Below, one piece after another: positions 14,501 through 25,323 of a DNA stretch of 64,000 nucleotides. The position numbers were made by a program, and so were the translations under genes. Below the pieces are notes generated by a model that saw only the letters and a program-made list of their open reading frames with translations, did no database searches and had not been told where the DNA came from. Numbering within the stretch: the first letter of the stretch is position 1; each line of letters starts with the position of its first letter. The stretch is from Cyanophora paradoxa CCMP329. Its lineage: Eukaryota; Plantae; Glaucophyta. The stretch lies in NCBI GenBank assembly GCA_004431415.1, contig QPMI01000564.1, positions 186,001-250,000 of the forward strand. Reading direction: 5' to 3'.

Positions 14501-17500
14501 CCCACTCCGTCTCATGCATACCCTGGTTCGCTGCCCCCCCCCCCCCCCCCGCCTTCACCTATTTGATGCAACGTACCCCCTTACTCGCTTCCTCCATCCA
14601 GCCCGGCCGGCTTCTTCTCTGCGGATTCGATGGCGTCCACCTGCCTCCCGTGCCCCGCCGGGTGGTCCGCGGCCAAACGGCCCCGCGCGCCCTCGGGATC
14701 CGCGGCCGCGGCCGCGGCGGTCGCCCGTAAGCTGAGCTGAGTCCGAGGCACGCGTGCGCGCAGGTTCCAGGACCGCGTGGGCCAGACCTCCTGCGTCGAG
14801 TGCGACATCGCGAGCTACGCCCCGCACGCCAACACGACGCTCTGCGCCAAGTGCCCGACCTACGCCGTCACCGGCCGCATGGTGCGCTGCCCCCCGCGCC
14901 CCGTGCCGCCTCCGGATCCCCCTCCTCCCGGATCGGAGCCGCCGGCGACCCTCGGCTCGCTTTCGCCGCAGCGGTCGACGACGCTGGAGGACTGCCGTTG
15001 CAAGGAGGGGTACTACGCGCTGACGCCCTTCGCGGGGCTCCGGGGCGAGACCTGCCTCCCCTGCCCCGACGTCCGCCCGCCCCGCTTTCTGGCCCCCCCG
15101 CCCCGCCCTCTGATGTTCGAACGCTCTCTCATCCGCAGGGCGCCTTCTGCCCGGGCCCGGCCTCCCCCGTCGCCGTCAAGAACTTCTACCAGGTCCGAAA
15201 TCGATGTCGAGTTTCCGTGTTCCCGGTCCTCGAGCTTCCGCCCTCGAGCTCACTGTTTTTATCGCCGCTCTCTCCCGTCAGATCCCGTGGAGCGTCGACA
15301 ACAAGGTCTCGCCCCCGCCGCCCCCGTCCTCCTCCGCCCCCCTCCGCCCCTGCGCCCCCGCTGAACCGGAGCCGCGTCCGCGTGCGGCCCCGCGGCCCCA
15401 GGTGACGCCGACGTTCGAGAAGTGCCGGGCCTCGGAGGCCTGCGTCGGCGGCAACTCCTCCGCCTGCGGTCCGCCGAAGAGGGCGCCGTCGCCGACCGCG
15501 GGCCGCGCCGTGACGGCCCTGGCAGGGCTGGGGTACGCGGGGCTGCTGTGCGGGCAGTGCGCGGCGGACTTCGCGCTCTCGCGGCCCTTCAACTGCCAGC
15601 GCTGCTTCCCCGTCGCCGCAATCTTCTCCATCGTCCGCCCCCGCCCCGCCCCGCCCCGCCCAGCGCTGGCTAGCCGACCCATGCCTCCCCCTTAGGTGGC
15701 GATCGGGTTCGTGTGCATCGTGGCGGCGCTGGCGTTCATCACCGTCTCGGCCGTCAACACGGCCCTCAAGCCCGAGAGCAAGCACTCCGTCATGCTCAAG
15801 GCGCCCCTCCCTCCCCCTCCCCTTCTCCTAAGCTGAGCCGAGCTTTGCTTACTGTGGGCGGGGGCGCAGATCCTGCTGAGCTACCTGCAGGTGACGGCCT
15901 TCGGGCAGGCCTTCGAGCTCGGCTGGCCCGCCCTCCTCGAGGAGGCGAGCCCCCCGCCCCGGCCCGTTCCCATCCCCGTCCCCGCCCCGCCCCGCCCGCC
16001 TCGCCCCGCCCGCCCGCACCGCCCCGCCCGCCCCGCCCGCCCCGATTAGATCTGCGCGGCCGCGCGGCCGTGGCGTTAAGCGTTCCATGAATACTAATGA
16101 CGCCTCCCGCCCGCCCCGCCCCGCCTCGCCTTCCGCGCGGCCGCGCAACCGCGCCGTTCCGTGGATGTCAATGACGCCCCGGGGCCGCCCCGGCCGCAGT
16201 TCTTCAACATCTCGTCGACGGCGGCGTCGCCGGTGGCGATGATCGTCTCCCTCGACTGCCTCGCCCACGCCGACGGCGGCTTCGGCTTCTACAAGCAGGC
16301 CCGCCCCGGCCCCGGCCCCGGCACCCGGCACCCGGCCACGGCCCCGGCCCGCCCCGCTCAGCCGCTGAAGCGCCACCGCGCAGTTCATCATCTACCTCTG
16401 CGTCCCTTTCCTCTGCATCGTCTTCGCCGTGTGAGCGCCCCGCCCTCGCTCCTCTCTTCTCTAGATCTGATCCCGACATGGTCGAGTCCTCGTCTTGAAT
16501 TTCCGAATTCCCGCAGGCTGGCGTACCTGGCGGCGATGGGGAAGGACGCCGCACTCCGCCTCTACCGCCGCGTCTTCGCCGTGCGCCGCCTCGGCTTTCT
16601 TGCGTGCATCGCGCAGCTTGATGCACATGCCTCCGCATCCCCGGCAGGCCCGCAAGCTGAAGCGGTCGAGAAGCGTGGAGGACCCTAAGTCGGTGAGTGA
16701 AAGGAGCCGCCCCTCCTCCGCGGCGCCCCGATGGCGGGCTGACGCGCGCGGGCCGAGGCGCAGCCGTCGTCGTCGGGGGCGCCGCTGCTCGCGCCGCCCT
16801 CGCCCTCCGCCGACCCGGACCGGGACTCGACGGTGGGGCCCTCCTCCCCGCCGCCGATCGCGAACGGGGGCGCCCCCGCCCTCCTCGACGACCTCGACGA
16901 CGACATCGCCCCGGTGCTTATAATTCTTTCGGCGATTCTTATAACAAGTCAAGCTCATAACTTATAGCCTCGTCCAACTTGTAATCACTTTCCCGAGGTC
17001 TTTCCCGGCCTTGCGGGCTCAGCTTACGACTTCTTCAACTGCGCAGGCGGTGGCGATCGCATCGACGGGCGCGGCGACGCACGTGCACACGCTGCTGCCG
17101 GCGCCCTCCCGCGACGACTCGCTGTCCTCGCCCGCCTCCCCCTCACCGCGCTCGCCCGCCTCGCCCGCCGTGTACGTTGCCGGCGGCGGCGACGACGAGG
17201 ACAGGGGCAAGGGCAAGGCGCGCCCGCGCGCGCCCGCGCCCCCCGCTCTCTGCCATCTTCGCCTAACGCTTCTCCCGCAGAAGATGAAGAAGGCGGTGCG
17301 GACGTCGAGCGGGGCCCTCGTCCCCACGCTCCCGTCCCTCGTCGGAGTCGTCGCCGCCGCCTCCGCCGCCGGCGGCGGCCCGAAGCAGCGCAAGAAGAAC
17401 ATGCGCCTCTCGATCGGCGAGGCGCCGGCGCCCCTCAACGGCGGCGGCACGATCGCAGCCTCCAAGTGCGCCCCGCCCCCGCCTCTGATTCATTCTTCCG

Positions 17501-20109
17501 CCCCGCCCTCTTTCTCGCACTCAAGCCCGAATATCCCCCCAGGAAATCCTCCGGGTCCAGTGCCCAGAAGGGGGGCTGGACGGTCCGCGGCGAGAAGTAC
17601 ACCCCGCGCCCCATGGACTACGGTGCCGCCCCTCCCGCCCCGCCCCTGCACGACCGGCCTGACAGCCCCGCCCCTCCCCGCGCCGGCCCGCAGCGCTGGT
17701 GTCGCTGATCGTGTGCCTGTACACGATCCAGCCGGCCGTCGCCAACATCGTCCTCAACGCCTTCAACTGCGTCACCGTGCGCCCCGGCCGCCCCGCCCCG
17801 GCTCTGTCTGTGCTCGACCGCGCCGACCGAGCGGGCGGGCGCAGGTGGGCGGGCGCCGCTTCCTGCGGCAGGACCTCGGGCAGGCGTGCAGCGGGCCCGA
17901 CTGGAACCTCTACACCCGTGCGCCCCGACCCGTCCCCTCACTTTGATTTGCCTTATAACTAATCAATTCTCCTCGCCGCAGTCTCGCTGGGCGTGCCGGC
18001 GCTCATCTTCTACATCTGGTTCCTCCCCCTCCTCCCCTTCTTCGTGCGCCCCGCCCGCCCCGCCCGCCCCGCCCCGACCAGCCGGGTCCTCCTGAGCCCG
18101 GGGCCTCCGTTGCCAGATCATGTGGGTGAAGCGTCGGGAGCTGGGGCGGCCGCACCTGCGCGTCCGCTTTGCCTTCCTCGCCCGCGGCTTCCGCCCCGAG
18201 TACATCTACTTCGAGGCGCGTCTGCGAACTCTGACTCTGTCCTGCACGCTCCGCCGCGCCTGACGTCGGGCCCGGGGCCGGGGCCGCGGCAGGCGTTCAA
18301 CCTGGTGAAGAAGCAGCTGGTCATCTTCATCGCGGTCTTCCTCTCCCAGAAGATCGTGCGCGGGCCTCGGATCTCGAGAAAAGACGAGGGCCGTTGACTC
18401 TGGGGGCGCAGATGGTGCAGGGGCTCCTCGCCCTCGGCCTCCTCGTCGTCGGTGCTCCCGCCCCCGCCCCCGCCCCCGCCCCATCTCCCCTCCCCGCCAC
18501 GCCCCGCCCCCGCCTCGTCCCGCCCTCACGCCTCTGCAGCGAACGTGTACCTGGCGCGGGCGCAGCCGTACGAGCACCGCGAGCTCAACGCCCTCGACGT
18601 CGCCCAGGCCACCGTCCGTCCCGCCCCGCCCCGCCCCTCCCCGCCCCCTTCTTGAACGGAAGCGCGCCTAGCGCCCCCGCCACATCCGCGAGGGACCTAG
18701 CTCCCTCGTTTCCCTCCTACCGTCCCGCCCCCCGCCCTCCCCCTCTTCCGCCCCCGCCCCGCCACGCCTCGAGCCTCGCGGCAGGTGGTGTCGCTGACGG
18801 TGTTCGGGGGCCTCTTCTTCGGGACGAACACCCTCGAGGAGGGCCAGAACGTCATCATCGCCGTGCGCCCCCCCGAGCCCGCGCACCCGCCCGCCCCAGA
18901 GGTCTAGCTAGAAGCCTCCGGCCCTCGCTTCTGGGCTTCGAATCGATCCCGAGTCCACTTTAGCGCGTCTCCTTCCTCCAACCTGCCGCCGTTTCGACAT
19001 CCACATCGGGATATGCACCCCCGCCTCACGCGCCCCGGCCCGCGCCGCAGATCGTGCTGCTGGCGATGAACGTCGCCTTCCTCGGCCTCTGGGGCTGGCT
19101 CTTCGCCCGCGAGATGATCCGCATCGCCCGCGAGCAGGCGCCCCGCCCCGCCCACGCGCCCCGTAACTCAACATGAAAGCTTAAAATGAAAGCTTCCCGC
19201 CCCTCGCCCCCGCAGAAGCACCTGGGCGCCGCGATCAACTACGTCGCCCTCGCCACCGCCCGCTTCAAGGTGAAGTGTTCTCGATTCCGACGCGGTCCGC
19301 CGCGGCTGACCGCGGGGAACCCGTCGACGCCGGCGCCGCAGTCGCGGGTGCAGGAGAGGGCGCGCTCGTTCATCTCCCCGCCGGCCTCGCGCGTCGCCAG
19401 CGCCCTCCTCTCCGCCGCCTCCGCCCGCTCCGCCCGCGTCGCCGCCGAGCCCTCGCCCTCGAGCCGCAGCCTCGGCCTCAGCCGCAGCCGCAGCCCAAGG
19501 GGCGGCCTGGTAGCGGGACCGGTACCCTGCTCGCCCTCGGGGCCCGGAGGAGGAGGACGGGGCGGCGGCCCCGCGGGGCTGGGCGCCCGGCCGGGCCGGC
19601 CCCGCCTCGGCGGGGCAAGTCGGCCCGCAAGTACGCGGCGCCCGACGAGGACGAGGAGGACGCGGTTCGCCCTTGCGTCCCTCCCTCGAATTCGTTGCCC
19701 GGCTTCCCGTCCTTTCTGACGGGAAAACGCGCAGCCGGCGCGGGCGGGCGCGGCCACGGCCGCGCACATGGGCGGCGCGGAGCCCGAGTTCGTGACGCTG
19801 GGCGGGCACTCCACGTGCACGGCCGCGGCGGCGACGGCGAGACGGGCGGGGCGCGCGGCCGGGCCGCGGCCGCCCTCCTTCTCGGGCTGCAGCTGGGCGC
19901 CCGCCTCGCGCCCGGCCTTCGGCGAGGCGGGGGATCCGGAGGCGCACGGAGACGCCGTCGTGCCCTTCCCCCGGAGCCCGACCCGAGGCGGCGCCGACCG
20001 CTCCGGCGGGGCGGGCGTGGGCCGCCGCCCCGCCGGCCCGCCGCCCCTCCACCACCGCAGCCGCCACCGCGACGACCCGACCCTCGCCCTCGAGGAGGAG
20101 GACGCGTGA
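11550..20109 (+). CDS. Host receptor-like protein: signal peptide + ANF-receptor/Venus-flytrap domain + Cys-rich repeats + multi-pass TM region (many exons)
   Basis: Signal peptide (ALLAVSLAIAFAALVGAALAQ). VFT motifs AVAEINA..VLPDIRL, YGWRR.AIVSTTDAYG, AAFAYDAVWAYARA, VSFAGATGRVQFTPEGDR. Cys repeats CDAGFY, CVEC..CAKCP, CRCKEGYY..CLPCP, GYAGLLCGQC. TM motifs KILLSYLQV, GFRPEYIYFE.FNLVKK. Stop at 20109. Confidence 0.75.
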
Positions 20110-20467
20110 TCGTGAGGCCCCTCGCGCGCTCGATCGCGAAGCCGGCGTTTTCGTCTATATACTCGATTTAACTAATTTTATAACGTGTCTAGTGTGGTTT
20201 TCTTTCACGGAGTCAAGCTTTCTGTTATATGCTTCGTGTTGAGACGTAGACTTATATATCTAGATCTCATGTTATGCATGCCCGCGCGCGACCGGCTGCC
20301 TGCGGTTCCGACCACATCGATATCGATGCGTGATGCTCAATGACCTCCGAAATCGAATTCGAGAATCACAGTAAATATTCACTGATCGCCTAACTTGACC
20401 AGCTCGCACAAATATAACTGGAGCGAAAACGAAATTTAAACTAGCGAAACGAAAAGGGTGTAAATAC

Positions 20468-20616
<149 letters not shown>

Positions 20617-20775
20617 TGTACATTCCTGCCTAACGAAATGACGAAAACCTGCAGTACTAGATTGCAGATCAATGACAAGCATCTTTTAGTCGCATGTTTG
20701 CGAATCCGCCGAGCTACAATAGAGCGGCTGAATACTTTATTTGCGAGCCGCAATAATAAGCTTAAGTGGCGAAAT

Positions 20776-21938
20776 CTACCACATCCGCCGGGCCGCGAAC
20801 GCCGCGACGGCGGCGGCGAGGAGGAGGCTCAGCAGCGCCGAGGGGCCGTGCTGGGCGAGGGCGGAGTTGCCCGGCCAGTACGGGACGGAGTTGACGCCGA
20901 GGACCGGGGAGTAGCCCATGAGCCCGAACTGCGGGGCGCCAAAACGGTGCAATTTAGTCAGCCTCGATGTAAGAAGCGCTCAACTTCAACGGCGCGCGAG
21001 ACGCGCGCGCACGGCGGTGAGGTGGTCGCAGGTGGCGGTGTAGGAGCTGCCGGAGCGCGTCGCCTCGCCGCAGCCGACGTCCCACTTCGTCGGGGTCGTC
21101 TTCGTGTTGAAGAAGCCCAGGAAGACGCTCTTGGCCGAGGACGGGGCGAAGTTCGCGTTGGGCGGCACGCTGAAGGTGATCTTCCCCGGGAAGCTCGTGA
21201 TGGCGACCGGGTTGCCGCTCCCGTCCAGGCCCGTCGCGGTGATGTCGAGGACGGGCGAGACGAGGGAGTAGGTGGCCGGCGGAGACGGGAAGGACGAGGC
21301 CGAGGGCAGGTTGACCAGGACCTGCGAGGGTGGTCAGCCGCAGATTGACGGTTTCGAAATTCGGGATCGAAGAGCCGAATTCGAATTCGAGGCTTACCTG
21401 GAAGTTCGTTGTCGACGCGTCGGCCGGGAATGTGACCTGCGACATTGGAAAGCAGCGAGTCAGCGGGCCCCGATTTGATGTACGAGGCGGCAAGGCATCA
21501 CCGTGGCAGTGGGGGCGTCGGCCGCCGTCGAGGTCTTGAAGGAGAGCGTGCGAGACGAGGCGGTGCCGGGGCACACCTGGTCACCGACGCCGGATTCAGA
21601 CTCAGCCAAAGAAAGCAAATCGCTCCAAATCATGATCAGACAAGCCGGCGCACCTTGAAGCTCACGGGATCGACGTCCGATGTGCGCACCTGCTCGCCGC
21701 AGGGCGTGGTCGAGCTCGACAGCGTAATCTGTGGAAGCAAATCGAATGTCAGTCCCAGAGCTCGCCAGCATGTGCATATGCGAGTTCCGCCCTCCGCGGA
21801 CCTTGGCGGCGACCTCGTTGAGCTTGGTCTGCGTCTCGGCGCGGATGGAGGCCGCGGCGGTGGACGTCGCGGGAAGGGCCGACAGCAGGCCCGAGAGACT
21901 CGTCTGGAGGCTCTGCGACGCGCGCGGAAGGAGCTCTG
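20776..21938 (-). CDS. 3' exons of a host GAIN/GPS-domain surface protein with hydrophobic C-terminal anchor; 5' part separated by the insertion
   Basis: Spliced translation gives [22 protein letters not shown]|FGLMG (GPS C-x-H-L-T-x-F), followed by [24 protein letters not shown]. Upstream sequence changes abruptly to AT-rich DNA at 21940. Confidence 0.65.
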
Positions 21939-21939
21939 A

Positions 21940-22222
21940 ACACATAGTAAAATGCGGAGTTTTAACCCTCGGCTTATCTTAATTGATTTTGTTGATATAT
22001 CTCGTATATTCTATTTCAATCAATCGATAATCTGTGTATATCTTATCGAATATTCAATTATTTCGATTATTTTGTATTCTTTTCGATATTTTATCGTAAA
22101 TTTCTCTTATTTTCCGATTAGTCTTACTGATTCTATCGATAATCTGTATAAAATTCCGAATAATATAACTGAATCTCAATTAGATCTTGCCTCTGGTTAA
22201 AACTCCGCATTTTACTATGTGT
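21940..22222. repeat. 283-bp unit bounded by a perfect 28-bp inverted repeat (MITE or terminal hairpin)
   Basis: ACACATAGTAAAATGCGGAGTTTTAACC at 21940-21967 and its reverse complement at 22195-22222. GA dinucleotide flanks both sides. Confidence 0.9.
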
Positions 22223-22475
22223 GATTGGTCTTTTTGTTAATTGATTTAATCGATATTATATTCATGTTCTTTCTCGATTAAATTTAATTAAATTTAATTC
22301 ATTTAATCGTAAACATATCGCTTAACTCGATTAAGATCCATAAAAGATTCATTTGTTTAATAAAACAAATCGATCTCTTATTGAATTCAATCGTAATTAT
22401 ACATGAAATTGATATGTTATTATCATGTTTTAATGAGTCTAAGGGGGGACCCTTAGGAATTTAATGAATAATTGG

Positions 22476-22773
22476 GTGTCACAGGTGTCACAGGTCCATC
22501 CAAACTTTTGAAAATTCACTCTTTATAGGAGAAACTTTGGGATAAACCTGTGACACCTGTGACACATACCATATTCAGTAAGGACCTCTTTTATAATGAA
22601 AAACTCAGTCATAATCTTATCTATGTATTTCTAATTAAATGAATAAATGATTTAATCGAGTGTCACAGGTGTCACAGGTCCATCCCAAACTTTTGGAAAT
22701 TTACTCTTTATAGGAGAAACTTTGGGATAAACCTGTGACACCTGTGACACATACCATATTCAGTAAGGACCTC
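22476..22773. repeat. Two near-identical ~113-bp direct repeats, each a palindromic cassette
   Basis: 22476-22588 and 22660-22773. Each reads GTGTCACAGGTGTCACAGG...CTCTTTATAGGAG...CCTGTGACACCTGTGACAC. Confidence 0.92.
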
Positions 22774-23299
22774 ATATATTGTTAAAATCTCAGTGTTAGT
22801 TGGTGTAGTTGATTCAAAAAATGCATTTATACTCTGATTCATTGTTATTTCCTGTGAAATTTGAGTCAACTCAACCCACTTAGTCAACCCTTGCATTGAA
22901 TTCGTAACAAAATCCATATACTATTACTACTTTTACGATTAATATGAGTCAACCTTGAGTCCACTTAAATATAAATATAATATAATAGGGGGAATCAAGG
23001 GCAGATGCTTATAAACATATGATTTATTGAGCCTATGATACTTACATAGTCACGCTGGTCTCGTTAAGAGGATTCCGAATCTGTTTTTATCTTTGTAAGA
23101 TGATGAGTTGGTGAAGAGATACATGCATTTTAGTGTTTTGTATGGGATTTCATGCTATGACGTCATAATGACGATGCATATGTATATGATATATATGACA
23201 TACCACGTGACTCGGGAGATCATGACGATCACGGCGATATGCTCATTGTCATGGTGTCATCTTTTTTCTTTTTCGACCAATCAGCTATCGATGACTCTT

Positions 23300-23730
23300 C
23301 TGTGGCTCATCGGTGGCTCATCGATAGATCAATGTGTCTTATGACATCATCGGTGGCTCATCGATAGAACAATGGGTCGTATCATATCATCGATGGATCA
23401 ATGCGTCTTATCACATCATCGGTGGATCAATGGTGCATGTTAATGTGACATCGATAGATGAATGGTTCTTATAGGTGTGACATCGATAGATCAATGGTTC
23501 ACTTCGGTGTGACATCGATAGATCAATGATTCATTTCGGTGTGACATCGATAGATCAATGGTTCACATTGATGTGACATCGATAATCAATGGTTCAGATA
23601 CATGTGACATCGATAGATCAATGGGTGTCATTGATTCATGGTGCCATGTATGGTGCCATCGATGGTGCCATCGATGGTGCGACATCAATGGCGCCATCGA
23701 TGGTGCGACATCAATGGCGCCATCGATGGC
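23300..23730. repeat. Tandem array of CATCGAT-core repeats (~31-bp period, decaying into shorter units)
   Basis: Six copies of TGTGACATCGATAGATCAATGGTTC (few mismatches) at ~23444-23625 with short variable linkers, flanked by degenerate copies and ATGGTGCCATCG units. Confidence 0.9.
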
Positions 23731-23936
23731 GTTTCGATAAGTTTCGCCGAAGTTTCGGTGTTTCGCTTGTCGGCATCTTCAAATGCTTGTATCTCATCAC
23801 CAGATTGTCTAATTGCAACGTTCTGCATAGCGTTGTGAAGCGCTTGAAAAGATCTACAAGCTGATGTGTATATCATATGCATATATGTATATCAGCCATA
23901 CATATATTTGGAAAAAACTAGTTTTCGGCTATGAAA

Positions 23937-25204
23937 CTAGCTAGTTTTGGTCCTTTCTCTTAGTGTTCTTTGAGGTTTAGGGGCTGTATATGACTCCTTA
24001 GTAGTCTGAAAGTCATTATACCATCTCTGGCTATTCACTTCTGAAAGTTTCTGTGTTCCTGCTATGGTGAGCTTTTTGAGTTCCCTATTAACCTTGCCAG
24101 TCTTCTCCTTTCTAGCCTCTATCAAAGGCTTATCTGGGACTTCATTAGCAGCCTCAATGCCCTCTCTCCTTATAGCAGCATCAACCCTGGCTTCTTCTTT
24201 GGCTTGCTCTAAGGCATCTACTGTAGGGGTTTCCAGATACTCAACTGCATTCACAGGCAACAACTCATGGAAAGCAAACCTGTTATCTATGATCTCACCA
24301 GTGGGACTCCTTAGCTTAAATTTAAAGCCTTCCCTACTATCAACAGTGTAAACCATCCTAGACCAATTGTTACCCTGTTTAGCAAAGGGGTTCTTCTCAA
24401 CTTTCACTCTAACAAACATGCCAGGTTGCATGGTATCAAGATAAGCTATTGATTTCTTGAATCTCTCATCTTCTAATCCCACTATATACCTATAATGCTC
24501 CTCTGTAGTTTCGCCTGGCTTCATCTTAGTAGCTGAGTGAACTGTATTATTGTAATTATACTCAATATCACCTAACACATCAAAAATCTAGCTGTGTTAT
24601 TAGCTATGCAGTAGTTTGTGATCAGTCTCTTAATCTGCTTGTTAAAGGCTTCAATTCGACCTTGGCTTCTGTGGTCAGCAGTTCCACTCACTTGGTGTTC
24701 TATGAATTTACTAGATAAATACTCCTGGAATATTCGATTTTGGAACTCACTTCCAGCATCTGATTGAACCTTTACTATTGGTCTTGCCACTCTCATCTCA
24801 AGCTGTTTAAATGCAGCCAATGTAGTGAGAGCTGATTTATCCCTTATAGGTATAATATACCCAGTTCTCAGTGTGGATTCCATAGCAGTCATAAAGGTAT
24901 CATAGCCATTGTTTTGTTTCTTATAAGCTGGGAAAAAGAGCAAATCAATTACATAGGTATCAAGGGGTTGTCTGATTGGGACCATGGGATCTCTCTTTCT
25001 AGATATAGCAGGTGCATTGATCTGAACAACTTCTTGTTTTTTATAGAACTCTTGCAATTGCTTATAGGACTCATCTGGTAACTCAGCCCTCATAGCTTGA
25101 AGCCCTTTGTAACCAGTTCTCACATCATAGAATCTTTTGGCAATCTTGCTGGTTTCTTTCACTGCAATGGCAACTGGGATCTCTACAGGGACAAGCTCTT
25201 TCAT
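23937..25204 (-). CDS. Retroviral-type (rve, DDE) integrase of Polinton type, one frameshift near 24580
   Basis: YVIDLLFF (D1), VQSDAGSEF (D2), QGRIEAFNK (E), then after the frameshift DVLGDIEYNYNNTVHSATKMKP and the SH3-like PGMFVRV..NWSRMVYTV. Confidence 0.93.
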
Positions 25205-25323
25205 CTCTGACTTTTTAACAATTCGAGATTCCCCTTTTCCTCCTTTGGAACTGTGATAGGCAGTAGGTTACCTTGCAGTTGGTCAGTGGTTCTCCTAACT
25301 ATTCTTCCAGTTGCTGGCATCTC

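Noticed and set aside
23300-23730. CRISPR or TIGR-like array
   Set aside because: Variable parts are only ~6 nt and no cas or Nop-domain gene is visible. Kept as a tandem repeat.
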